A stretch of 64,000 nucleotides of DNA from an uncultured candidate division Zixibacteria bacterium (GTDB taxonomy: Bacteria; Zixibacteria; MSB-5A5; GN15; FEB-12): the NCBI GenBank assembly GCA_963664195.1, contig OY760907.1, positions 1,856,001-1,920,000 of the forward strand, given 5' to 3'. Below, in pieces: positions 29,209 to 38,574 of this stretch; the first letter of the stretch is position 1; each line of letters starts with the position of its first letter. Position numbers and translations under genes: made by a program. Below the pieces are notes generated by a model that was not told where the DNA came from, did not search any database, and worked only from the letters and a program-made list of their open reading frames with translations.

Positions 29209-30743
29209 AGAAAGAGATTGTTATTAACTCTACCGAGTATGAGACCCGGATGGCCATCCTTGAGGATGACGAACTGGTCGAACTACAGGTGGAGCGAGCC
29301 GATTCCGACCGCATGGTCGGAGACATCTACAAGGGGAAGATCAAAACGGTCCTTCCCGGAATGCAGGCCGCATTTGTAGATATCGGCATGGAACGCGCCG
29401 CGTATTTGCACTCGTCAGATATCGGCAAGGTCAGTCGGCATCAGTACGATTCGGAGGATGTCGACGAGGAAGAGGCCCCTGCGGAGATTATCCGCAAGAC
29501 ACGACGGGCCGGGATTGAGACGGTACTCAAGAAAAACCAGGAAATCCTGGTTCAGGTCATCAAGGAGCCGATTTCCACCAAAGGTCCGAGGATTGCCTCA
29601 GAGATTTCCCTGCCGGGTCGGTACCTGGTGATGGTCCCTGATGACGATCACGTCCGGGTGTCCAAGAAGATCACCAACTGGGGCGAAAAGAAGCGTCTCA
29701 AGAAACTGATATCACCGCTGCGGCCGGAAGGATTCGGGCTGATTGTCCGCACCGAGGCTGAGGGCAAGTCAGAAGCGGATATCCGCAGCGACATCAAACG
29801 GTTGCTCAAACTATGGAGCAAGTTGAAGCGCAAAGCTGACAAAGTGGCGGCCCCGAATCTGGTTCACAAAGAAGCCGAGATGCTGATTTCGATGATCCGC
29901 GATGTGTTCACCGACGATGTCGATAAAGTTGTCGTGGACGACCGGTCGGATTACAAAAAAGTCATGAGCTATGCCCGCCAGGTCTCCCCGCACTTGAAAG
30001 ATCGGGTTCAGCTCTATAAAGGCGAGATACCGCTGTTCGATCAGTATAAACTGGAACCGGAAATCGATAAAATGTTGGCCCGTAAGGTTTGGATCAAAAA
30101 GGGTGCGTACCTGATTATTGACCAGACTGAGGCTATGGTTACAATCGATGTCAACACCGGTCGGTTTGTCGGTCGGCGCGACCAGGAAGACACGATTTTC
30201 CAGACGAACATCATTTCTGCCCGTGAGATTGCCCGCCAGGTCAGACTCCGCGATATCGGCGGACTCATTGTCTGCGATTTTATTGACATGTACAATCGCG
30301 ACAACCGACGCAAGCTCTACGAGGAATTCCAGTCCGCCTTCAAAAACGATCGTGCCAAGCACGGAATCAACCCTGTGACGGAGTTCGGCCTGGTTGAGAT
30401 GACTCGTGAACGGGTTCGGCCGTCGCATATGCACACGCTTTCTGAGGTCTGTCCGTATTGCGGCGGTGTTGGACGGATTATGTCCAAAGAGAACATCGCG
30501 ACCAAAATCGAGCGTTGGTTCGCCCGGGCGCGGGCGGACCGCAAGTACACCGATTACCATCTGGTGCTATCGCCCGACATCGCTGATGTCATGACCGAAA
30601 ACGGCACTGATCGAATTCAGCGGATCATGAAAGCCTACAAGTGTCGGGTGAATGTGATCCGTGATACGACCGCTATGCAGACTGAGTACCACGTGTACAA
30701 TGCCGGTGACAACACCGACATCACCGAAGCGTACAGCGTCTAG
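29205..30743 (+). CDS. rng: Rne/Rng family ribonuclease (RNase G-sized)
   Basis: S1 domain (GDIYKGKIKTVLPGMQAAFVDIG), IDVNTG, RLRDIGGLIVCDFIDM, CPYCGG. Confidence 0.93.
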   Translation: MKKEIVINSTEYETRMAILEDDELVELQVERADSDRMVGDIYKGKIKTVLPGMQAAFVDIGMERAAYLHSSDIGKVSRHQYDSEDVDEEEAPAEIIRKTRRAGIETVLKKNQEILVQVIKEPISTKGPRIASEISLPGRYLVMVPDDDHVRVSKKITNWGEKKRLKKLISPLRPEGFGLIVRTEAEGKSEADIRSDIKRLLKLWSKLKRKADKVAAPNLVHKEAEMLISMIRDVFTDDVDKVVVDDRSDYKKVMSYARQVSPHLKDRVQLYKGEIPLFDQYKLEPEIDKMLARKVWIKKGAYLIIDQTEAMVTIDVNTGRFVGRRDQEDTIFQTNIISAREIARQVRLRDIGGLIVCDFIDMYNRDNRRKLYEEFQSAFKNDRAKHGINPVTEFGLVEMTRERVRPSHMHTLSEVCPYCGGVGRIMSKENIATKIERWFARARADRKYTDYHLVLSPDIADVMTENGTDRIQRIMKAYKCRVNVIRDTTAMQTEYHVYNAGDNTDITEAYSV

Positions 30744-30853
30744 AGGCGACGCAGACAAGTCTTTGACAAGCGCAGTCTCGATTATTGAGCCTGCGCTTTT
30801 CCTTGCCCAGATCGTACTGGTGTTAAGGCATATTACTTGCGATATTAGATATT

Positions 30854-31477
30854 ATGACACAGTCAGAGAAGTTGGAAATCGAAATCAAGCTCCAGTTGGA
30901 ATCCTTTCCGGATTATCTGAAGTTGCTTGGTTATCTCGGGTCGGTCGACGGCGAGAATCATCACGTCAACGGTTTTTTTGATTCCGAGGACAGCCGACTC
31001 AACGATGGCGGTTGGGTGTTGCGCGTGCGCGCAGAAAACGACCGCGGGCTGGTGACGGCGAAGAGTCTCGGTGCACACTCCGGTCTGGCGGTGATCCGCC
31101 AGGAGATAGAGGCGGAGATCAACCGCGGTCTGGCTCTGGAAATTCTCGGGGGGTTCTCCGACGTCATGGATCTCGAGGTCGAGCCGGTGGAGTACATCAA
31201 GAACGAGTTTCCCGATCTGTCGGTGGCCAAACAGGTGTCGTTTGAAAATGATCGTCAGTACAAGAAGTACGCTGTAGACGGTGCCGAGTATATGCTCGAG
31301 ATCGACAAAACAGAATTCGCCGACGGTTCAGTGGACTACGAGCTTGAGGTCGAAGTCGCAGACCGTGAGGCGGTTGACAGCGTCGAGCGACAACTGCGCA
31401 AGGTTTTCGAGTTGCTCGACGTCAATTTCGAGAAGCAAACCCTGAGCAAGTACGAGCGTGCCCTGAGACGGGGGTAG
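30854..31477 (+). CDS. CYTH domain protein
   Basis: ExExK (EIEIK), LRVR, YELEVE, SKYER. Confidence 0.9.
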   Translation: MTQSEKLEIEIKLQLESFPDYLKLLGYLGSVDGENHHVNGFFDSEDSRLNDGGWVLRVRAENDRGLVTAKSLGAHSGLAVIRQEIEAEINRGLALEILGGFSDVMDLEVEPVEYIKNEFPDLSVAKQVSFENDRQYKKYAVDGAEYMLEIDKTEFADGSVDYELEVEVADREAVDSVERQLRKVFELLDVNFEKQTLSKYERALRRG

Positions 31478-31693
31478 AGGGCGGCGGCACATCACGAGTC
31501 TTGCAGGGGGCGGGTCAACGCCACGAGTGGCCGTCTTTGAACTTGCCAATACAGCACCTTCCCCGGGTGCATTCCGCACACCATACAATATCGCAAGAAA
31601 CTCTCCAGCGCGCGATTTGCGGGAAGCTGTCAAGCGCGGCCGGCGTATCGCGTCGGGGAAACCGCTCAGACCGTCCACACAGGGGGGAAGCCT

Positions 31694-32527
31694 TCAGCGG
31701 TTCTGTTGCAAGGCAGAGTTGCCTGCGGCGACTGGTTCAAGTTTGAAGCGCTCCAATTCTTGAGCTTGGCGATTATTAATCCAAATAGCGATCAAATCAA
31801 ACTGATCTGAGTCGCTGATGCGCACGCATACCAGATAGCCTGCTGATGACTTGTTAACACGAAGTAAATTACGTCTCCCACCGATAGATGCCTTGCTTAC
31901 GTCGGGCACAGGCAAACATGGATAGTAGCCCGCGGCAATCTGAATCATCTTGATAGCGTCACCATGTGTTCTTTTGACAAGGTGGACAAACTTACGAACG
32001 TCCTCCTGTGTTGTTCCGCAGAAGAATTGCAGAGCCAAGACGTCAGCATCAAGCTCCAAAACAGGTTCCAGGACGAGCAGTTCAGAAGATCGTTTGCACT
32101 CAACAAACAGATGATCAGCCGTATGATCGATTGCATATTGTGCCGTGTCTTCGCCTAAGATAACTCGTAAGGTAAATGCCTGTTGAGGGATAGAAAATGG
32201 AGCGTCTCTCTCCCGGTCATTCCTTGTTCTGAGCCTTAGTGTTAATGTGCTGTCAGTTTTCGTCGGAACGAAGCCGATCGACGGATACACTGTTGACAAC
32301 TGAATGGATAGCTTACCTGTGTGACTGATTGCTCCAGTGCCATCTGGCTCGCATTGCTCAAAAACCACTAGTCGTAACGGCTCGATTCTCAGATGTGGAA
32401 TCGCTAACGACTTTCTGCGGGGAACTGGTGGTGCACCGCTGCTGACGTCCCACGTCTGTGTCTGAGCAGTGAGTAATGGGACCAAGAGCACGAGCACTAT
32501 CGACATTAACACTCTGGGAAATGTCAT
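31694..32527 (-). CDS. Hypothetical secreted protein, visibly more AT-rich than the backbone
   Basis: RBS GGAGG before ATG 32527; signal peptide; no recognisable motif. Confidence 0.55.
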   Translation of the reverse strand: MTFPRVLMSIVLVLLVPLLTAQTQTWDVSSGAPPVPRRKSLAIPHLRIEPLRLVVFEQCEPDGTGAISHTGKLSIQLSTVYPSIGFVPTKTDSTLTLRLRTRNDRERDAPFSIPQQAFTLRVILGEDTAQYAIDHTADHLFVECKRSSELLVLEPVLELDADVLALQFFCGTTQEDVRKFVHLVKRTHGDAIKMIQIAAGYYPCLPVPDVSKASIGGRRNLLRVNKSSAGYLVCVRISDSDQFDLIAIWINNRQAQELERFKLEPVAAGNSALQQNR

Positions 32528-32704
32528 GAAATGCCTCCCTGTGGCGACATGTTCGGAATTGCGAGACTGAACGTCAGAGCGGCAATCCGGTAGCCCGTGC
32601 CCGGGTGGGTTTTTCCTCTGCCTGCGAGCTACGCTAGCATCAAACACGCCGGAGAGGACAAGCCTGTACCCCTCCGGGTGCTGTGCAGTTAGCGAGGAGG
32701 ACGC

Positions 32705-32953
32705 TTACCTGGCGTCGGCGCTACCCGGATTCTTGTTCTTGCGACCGATCAGCCAGACACCGGTGAGGGCGCAAACTCCACCCAAACAGAACGTAATGAG
32801 ACTGTACGCCCACTCCGGAGCAAGACCGCTCCCCACGCCTGAAGGGTTGAGAACATACCCCGTTGCAAGGCCGATGGCCAAACCAAACCCCATCGGCCAA
32901 CCGATGTATCGGCCCGTCTTGCGTTGTTCTCTGAGTCGTTCTCTTGTGTTCAT
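32705..32953 (-). CDS. Small two-TM membrane protein (immunity-like)
   Basis: RBS GGAGGAGG; two hydrophobic helices with basic flanks. Confidence 0.6.
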   Translation of the reverse strand: MNTRERLREQRKTGRYIGWPMGFGLAIGLATGYVLNPSGVGSGLAPEWAYSLITFCLGGVCALTGVWLIGRKNKNPGSADAR

Positions 32954-33007
32954 GCCTCCTCCGATTTCTTTGTCCGGTTTCTCCAGTAGCAATCCGCCGG
33001 TCTCAGT

Positions 33008-33266
33008 TCAGTGCACCAGATCCCATACGAGGCGAAGCGCGATCCCGCCCAAAAAGAGTGTCCAGCCCGTGATGTGGTATCGATACCCCTTCGGCGTGAA
33101 CCAGGGCCGCATTCTTCCAGATCGGTTTCCAGTTCCGCGGATGGTACGATGCGACTTGGTTCATCGGCGGGTGTTCGGCTGTTCGATGCCGCAGCGCAAT
33201 CAGCGACAGTACTAAACCCGCGGAGACAAGTGAAACCGCTCCTAAATGAATTCCTGTTTCAAGCAT
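33008..33266 (-). pseudogene. Small two-TM membrane protein with apparent +1 frameshift
   Basis: MLETGIHLGAVSLVSAGLVLSLIAL...WKPIWK continues, after skipping one A near 33112, as MRPWFTPKGYRYHITGWTLFLGGIALRLVWDLVH*. Confidence 0.55.
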
Positions 33267-33426
33267 GACTGTGGCCTTTCCTTCCTTCGATTTATCTACT
33301 CCGTCGTGACAGACTGGTACGAGAGGACCGTCATTTCCTTCCCGGCATCTCTTGAGCAGAGCCGGGAAGGCAACAGTACTCTCGAACCCCATCACAGGTC
33401 AGCTTTAAGCACTTCAGTGCTTAAAG

Positions 33427-34320
33427 CTAGATGATCATATCTATGATCCAAGACAACGCGCATGCCGCGTATATGCCGACCGATGCTACACAGAGGAAGT
33501 TCATTGGTCCACCGAGAAAGCACTTGAAGAGACCGATCTCAGCGAGTCTCCAGAGATCCATAACCTCGGGGGATAGCTCCTTGGAATCACTTTGCGTTCC
33601 AACCCAATCTTGAAACTCTTCCGACTCCAGTAGCTCAAGCATCAAGAAACTGTCGTCATTGTCAAACAGCGAACAGTTTGGCGGGAAAAGGTTCTCCAAC
33701 CCCTTGAACATTAGCGTTTCGTCGGCCAGTTGCTGCGGCATGTCGCCGATCGGCGGTTCGCCTAACGCGTAGCCGGTCTCACCCTCGGCGGGAATCGGTC
33801 GCTTCACCGTGTAAGAATCGCCGTTGTACGTGTATCTTTCCGTTACGTAGCCGTCATCAACATGCACTCGAATCAGCAACGTGTCGCGGTACGTCATCTC
33901 GAGCACCTCGTATCGTGTAGTGTCCTGACTGTTCATCGTCACACTGGTGTACCACATGAGTGTGCCCGACGGGTCTTCGACCCGCGATTCCCATTTATAC
34001 ACGTCGCCGCTCACGGTTTTGTCGGCGATCATTTTGCGATTGTGCAACTCGTTTTCTGCTGATGTCCAGTCGTATCTGACCGTCAAGGAGCCGTCGTTCT
34101 GATTCCGCTCGAAGGTCTTGAGAATGACCGCGCCGGTAGGCAAAGCAACCGTGCGTGGTTCGATAGGCGCTGCATCGGACACAGCAGTAGACGCAACCGT
34201 CTCCGTCTCAACCGGCGAGTTCGTAGTGCCTGGCTGTTCGCTGCTGCACGCAGCAAAAAGGTTCAGCATCGCCATCATCAATATCGTTGCAATAACTCGT
34301 TTGAAATTCCCCGTTATCAT
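33427..34320 (-). CDS. Lipoprotein with C-terminal Cys/Gly-containing hydrophobic (bacteriocin-like) tail
   Basis: RBS AAGGAG; lipobox FAAC; acidic beta-rich body; tail LFKCFLGGPMNFLCVASVGIYAACALSWIIDMII. Confidence 0.75.
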   Translation of the reverse strand: MITGNFKRVIATILMMAMLNLFAACSSEQPGTTNSPVETETVASTAVSDAAPIEPRTVALPTGAVILKTFERNQNDGSLTVRYDWTSAENELHNRKMIADKTVSGDVYKWESRVEDPSGTLMWYTSVTMNSQDTTRYEVLEMTYRDTLLIRVHVDDGYVTERYTYNGDSYTVKRPIPAEGETGYALGEPPIGDMPQQLADETLMFKGLENLFPPNCSLFDNDDSFLMLELLESEEFQDWVGTQSDSKELSPEVMDLWRLAEIGLFKCFLGGPMNFLCVASVGIYAACALSWIIDMII

Positions 34321-34489
34321 AGTGTAATCTCCTTATCCATGAATATCAAGTAAATAATCCCGCAGGGTCCACCAAATCTCTCGTGCGGCCCCGTATCCCC
34401 TCAGCTTTCAATTCATTGGCTCTCCCGTCTCGGGCAGAACACACCCCGCCGGGTCCGACTATGGCGGTCTTTGCCCGGATACTCCGCCG

Positions 34490-34637
34490 CGCCAAACCCG
34501 GAAGGGGGCTATCGGTTGTTTTTGTACGAAAAGGACAACTTTGCGTACGCTCTGCCCCCCCCGTAATACAAACTGTGTGCCGAAATCGACACGACAGTCC
34601 GGGTTTGGCGTAACGTGTTGCTTTACAGTGTATTATA
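34490..34637 (-). ncRNA. Candidate structured 5' leader RNA behind a TATAAT -10 box
   Basis: 13-bp perfect closing stem (34490-34502/34598-34610) enclosing two hairpin arms; G-U wobbles only on the minus strand. Confidence 0.4.
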
Positions 34638-34835
34638 GGATCGTCGGTGTGAGCTTCAGAGCGGTTCCGGCCTGACCGGGAGAGAGGAAATACGCGATTG
34701 TGCGACGCGGATAAACGCGGTGAAACGTAAGTCGTTGTAGTGAAGGTGATTGACGTTCTGATTGGCGACGCAGACGGGCGACGCACTGACGCAAACTGTC
34801 AGGGGGGCCGTGCGCGGCACACGGGCGTGTGCCCG

Positions 34836-35198
34836 TCAAAAACCGAGACCAACGACAAAGTGTGAGGCTGGGGCAGACGACGCGTCTGCCGCCCACAAAA
34901 ACGCTGACGCGGTATCCACATGGGAGATCTCGTAAGGGAAGAACATGCCTAAAAGAATGTCAAGGACAGGTCGGTATGTCGGGACACGTAGCTCGCCCTC
35001 CCCAACACTCCTGTCATCCGTCCAAGGATGTTCATCCATCTTCTCCGGTATCTTGCTGCCAATCTGGTTTTTGACCCAGCCGTCACGATCCATGGACATT
35101 GCCGGGGGAGAGAGCCACGCAAAAAAGACCGCCACCAGCAGGCACAACAACACGGTTCGTGTCGTCCCGCGAGTCTTGAATGAACTTGCGCTTTTCAT
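34836..35198 (-). CDS. Small secreted protein; 3' end runs into REP sequence
   Basis: AAGGA before ATG; signal peptide; DEHPW segment. Confidence 0.5.
   Translation of the reverse strand: MKSASSFKTRGTTRTVLLCLLVAVFFAWLSPPAMSMDRDGWVKNQIGSKIPEKMDEHPWTDDRSVGEGELRVPTYRPVLDILLGMFFPYEISHVDTASAFLWAADASSAPASHFVVGLGF
34871..34896 (-). repeat. REP family B (GTGGGCGGCAGACGC...CGTCTGCCC)
   Basis: Near-identical to copies at 40444-40470 and 40505-40547. Confidence 0.75.
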
Positions 35199-35265
35199 AT
35201 CTCTGTATCCTTCTCTCAGTCGTCAGAGCCGTAGTGCAGACTGTGCGGACGACTGAAAATCGGTC

Positions 35266-35369
35266 CACACTTCGACAAGCTCAGTGTGACTTATTCATAG
35301 TCTGTGTGTGGCCTGTCCGCAGTGTTGTCGAAACTTCAGGGCAACTCAGTTGCGTCAGTTTCAACCCAC
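35266..35369. repeat. CTTCGACAAGCTCAG-type hairpin plus long-form family A REP
   Basis: CACACTTCGACAAGCTCAGTGTG (35266-35288); GTCGAAACTTCAGGGCAACTCAGTTGCGTCAGTTTCAACCCAC (35327-35369) resembles 52104-52146. Confidence 0.65.
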
Positions 35370-35692
35370 AACGGCAAGCTGCAGGAACCACACGTTCACA
35401 CGCCAAATCTGCGAGTCTACTCCGGGCATCGGCTCAGACGCACGTTTGAAGATTTATGTTGTCGATTTCAATGCTGTTCTCCCCGCCACATATCCCATCC
35501 CTATGAGCGGACGGTACCAACGTACCCATCCTACATATATAATCGCTTGTCGTGTCGATCTTGTCAAGTGGAAAAACATATCCCGTCGTCGCTTTTCCAC
35601 CCGCGATCAACCAGAATAGCCCCCCTTGCGAGTTTCCTTTGCTCCGAATCCCCTGCAAAGCTATATTGTAAGAGCAATTCAAGAGAGGGTAC

Positions 35693-36049
35693 ATGTCCGA
35701 CAACGCCGACGCTTTCGACAAAGAACGCAATGAACTCAACGAGTTGATTCTCTCCGGAGACAATCTCGATATCAAGCGGTTTTTTGCGCTCGACAATTCC
35801 GTCTATCGCGACGGCGCTCTCGACGCACGTACCAAGGAATTGCTGGGGCTGGTCGCTTCGCTCGTACTCCGGTGCGATGACTGCATCAAGTACCATACGA
35901 TTCAGGCCGGCAAACTCAACGTTACGGGCAAAGAGTTCGACGAGGTCATGGCGGTCGGGTTGGTTGTGGGAGGCTCGATTACGATTCCCCACATTCGCCG
36001 CGCTCGCAAACTCTGGGCCGAATTGAATGACGACGAGGGGGCTGACTAG
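35693..36049 (+). CDS. Carboxymuconolactone decarboxylase/AhpD-like protein
   Basis: GALDARTKELLGLVASLVLRCDDCIKYH. Confidence 0.9.
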   Translation: MSDNADAFDKERNELNELILSGDNLDIKRFFALDNSVYRDGALDARTKELLGLVASLVLRCDDCIKYHTIQAGKLNVTGKEFDEVMAVGLVVGGSITIPHIRRARKLWAELNDDEGAD

Positions 36050-36089
36050 AACCTCGAGTCGGGGCAATTCGTTTTACAACTCTGGCATT

Positions 36090-37304
36090 ATGCGTCTTAT
36101 CATAGCGGTATTGATTATTGCCGCGTTTTCATTCATCGCCGTCTCCACCGGAGCGGTCACATTCACGGTTGAGCGCGGCACCGACCTGCAGGCGGTAATC
36201 GACCATGCTGCCGACGGCGACACGTTGTTGCTGGGAGCCAGGGAATTCACGGCTGTTCCGCGTTCCTATCAGGATCCACTGTGCGGCAACTGCGAAAATC
36301 CGCAAACGGAGGTCTCGGCCTCCGTAGGCTTCAGGATTATCGGCAAGGGACTGACGATTCTCGGCAAAGGACGGGATAGTACTGTTCTCATCACGAATGC
36401 CGGCTACGGTATCTATCTCGAAAACGCTAACGGTACGATCATTCGGGATCTGGCGATTACGGGGGGGAAGCGCGACAGCAACGGCAGCGCTACCGATGCA
36501 GCAGTAGTCATTCGACGTAGCCGGGTACTCATTGAACAGGTAGATATTCGGGATAATAAGAATCGCTCGTCGGATACTTCGCTGGTTGTCGGAATCGGAG
36601 GTGTGTTCGGCCGGGAAGGGTCTGAGATCATCGTCCGAGCATGCCACATACTCAATAACGGTTGGGACGGTATCGCGCTCTATCGTGGCGCCACCGCGAC
36701 CGTGTCCGATTGTCTCATACGGAACGGACGTGGCGTCGGAATCGGCGTTACCTGGGATGCTACCTGCCTGGCCTATCGGAACGAGGTGTCGGGCTACTGG
36801 AAAGGGATCGGATCGTTCGGCAACTCGATTCTTATCGCTCGCAACAATATCGTCCACGATAACCTTGGTTGGGGTGTGGCCGCGGCGGGGCAGTCGTGCC
36901 TTGAGGCGATTAACAACGTCATCCATCGCAACGGCAACTGCGGTATTGCTCCCTGGTCGACCGACTGCCGGGGGAGAATCATCAACAATATCATCACCGG
37001 AAACGGCTGGCGCGACCAGTGGATTTGCCCCTGTGTAGGAGTCTGGAATTACGGCGATTGGGCCAAATGGGATTTCCGCAACAACATCGTTTGGAACAAC
37101 GCCGAGGGTGACTACCGGGATATCTGGGAGCAGAGCGACATCAACGGCAACCTGTCGGTCGACCCGCTGTTGTCCGATGACGGTCGGTATGAGCCTGGCG
37201 AGGACTCTCCCGTTTGGCATGCCGGGGCGGTACAGATTTTCAATGTTGACGGGTCCACGTCGCATATCGGCCATCGGGGCGGTCCTCAGGCGATCCCCAG
37301 GTAA
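36090..37304 (+). CDS. Secreted right-handed parallel beta-helix protein
   Basis: Signal peptide, DLQAVIDHAADGDTLLLG, repeated NNII..N..GI units, GNLSVDP. Confidence 0.85.
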   Translation: MRLIIAVLIIAAFSFIAVSTGAVTFTVERGTDLQAVIDHAADGDTLLLGAREFTAVPRSYQDPLCGNCENPQTEVSASVGFRIIGKGLTILGKGRDSTVLITNAGYGIYLENANGTIIRDLAITGGKRDSNGSATDAAVVIRRSRVLIEQVDIRDNKNRSSDTSLVVGIGGVFGREGSEIIVRACHILNNGWDGIALYRGATATVSDCLIRNGRGVGIGVTWDATCLAYRNEVSGYWKGIGSFGNSILIARNNIVHDNLGWGVAAAGQSCLEAINNVIHRNGNCGIAPWSTDCRGRIINNIITGNGWRDQWICPCVGVWNYGDWAKWDFRNNIVWNNAEGDYRDIWEQSDINGNLSVDPLLSDDGRYEPGEDSPVWHAGAVQIFNVDGSTSHIGHRGGPQAIPR

Positions 37305-37424
37305 TCCGATCTCAGCCGATTACATCTTGTTGACAGTCGGTTGAGAAACAACTAAGCTGCAATCTGTTTCGTACTGAAAACGTACAATATCAATAGCAAA
37401 TACTACGTTCGAGGAGGATGTATT

Positions 37425-38288
37425 GTGAAAAGGCTTTTCCCGATTTTGATCTTATTGTCTGGAGTGATGGCGCTGACGATGATTGGTTGCAGCGACGATG
37501 ACGAAGTAACCACACCCACCGAAAAAGAGGTCGGCAGTCTCAATGACCCACAGTTTCAGCAGGTAGTGAGCGCTATTGAAATCGCTGAGGGTTTCACCGG
37601 CGAGATGATCGACGATCTGCTTGACCAGATCGGACGCATTGATATTGCCAGTCGCAGCCCGAAACTGGCAGGAAGCGCGCTTGCTTCCGTGGATACTCCT
37701 GCTGATGTGTTTGAATTGGACTACGATACTCTGACACAATACTGGCACATCCATCTCATCGTTACGGACACTACCGACTCGGTGACTTTTACTTACACCG
37801 ACTCTCTGCAGCTTCGCAACGACGACGGTCCGATGCACTGGCCGGATACTACCATCAACGAAGTTCGCTCCGGCATGTCTGTTGTTGCCCAGGGCATTGG
37901 CAACAGCGACCAGATAGCCGCCAGCCAGAACTGGGTAATTTCCGGTGATTTGCACAACCAAGGTGTTGTCACGGTCGACGGCGGTGGTACACTGAGCGTA
38001 GATATCACCGAGACCGAAGATGCCAGGACTTGCGAGATCGACCTCGCCTTCACTGCAACCTATGACAGCGTTGTGGTCGATTTGAGTGACGATGATGCGT
38101 GCCCGACAGCCGGAACGGTCCGCCACGACGGTTCGGTCAGTCTGTCCTGTACCGATGGTACGAATACAGTCACATTGGCCGATACTTGGATGGCGCGTGT
38201 GACGTTCATCGGAACGAATGTCTCCGCGATCTGGGAGAATTCCCGTTATCGCTGGACCTATGCAGGTCCCTGCGACGAGCTTCCGTAA
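37425..38288 (+). CDS. Acidic lipoprotein, hypothetical
   Basis: RBS GAGGAGG; lipobox MIGC followed by SDDDE. Confidence 0.8.
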   Translation: MKRLFPILILLSGVMALTMIGCSDDDEVTTPTEKEVGSLNDPQFQQVVSAIEIAEGFTGEMIDDLLDQIGRIDIASRSPKLAGSALASVDTPADVFELDYDTLTQYWHIHLIVTDTTDSVTFTYTDSLQLRNDDGPMHWPDTTINEVRSGMSVVAQGIGNSDQIAASQNWVISGDLHNQGVVTVDGGGTLSVDITETEDARTCEIDLAFTATYDSVVVDLSDDDACPTAGTVRHDGSVSLSCTDGTNTVTLADTWMARVTFIGTNVSAIWENSRYRWTYAGPCDELP

Positions 38289-38318
38289 CGATTCTGCCTG
38301 TTTTGAATGAAGATAGCG

Positions 38319-38349
38319 AGCGGCATCTCTTGACGGGGTGCCGCTTTTT
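38319..38349 (+). terminator. Rho-independent terminator
   Basis: AGCGGCATCTC-TTGAC-GGGGTGCCGCT then T run. Confidence 0.75.
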
Positions 38350-38350
38350 C

Positions 38351-38378
38351 TTGACACCGGGGCGGAAAGTGCTACTTT
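38351..38378 (+). promoter_or_regulatory. Sigma-70 promoter of tRNA-Ser
   Basis: TTGACA-N16-TACTTT. Confidence 0.7.
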
Positions 38379-38425
38379 AGAGGCCGGTCATTGTATCCTT
38401 TGTGGTGACCTGCGATCATGATTGC

Positions 38426-38513
38426 GGAGGAGTGGCTGAGTGGTCGAAAGCGGCGGTCTTGAAAACCGTTGTGCCGCAAGGTACCGTGGGTTCGAATCCT
38501 ACCTCCTCCGCCA
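38426..38513 (+). tRNA. tRNA-Ser (anticodon TGA)
   Basis: GGAGGAG/CTCCTCC acceptor stem, GCGGT-CTTGAAA-ACCGT anticodon arm, long variable arm, GGTTCGAATCC, encoded CCA. Confidence 0.97.
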
Positions 38514-38574
38514 TATCTCGTTTTTGGGCAAATCCACAAGGCAATTGGCCCGAGGCTTGGAGGCTGTCCCATAA

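Noticed and set aside
34490..34610. Retron msr-msd (13-bp terminal inverted repeat)
   Set aside because: No reverse transcriptase in the window and no long msd-like hairpin
36129..37274. Long antisense ORFs (also 37452-38357, 49540-50460, 60158-61072)
   Set aside because: Shadows of real genes on the opposite strand, with no motifs
38426..38513. Selenocysteine tRNA
   Set aside because: Anticodon reads TGA (Ser), not TCA, and the acceptor stem is 7 bp
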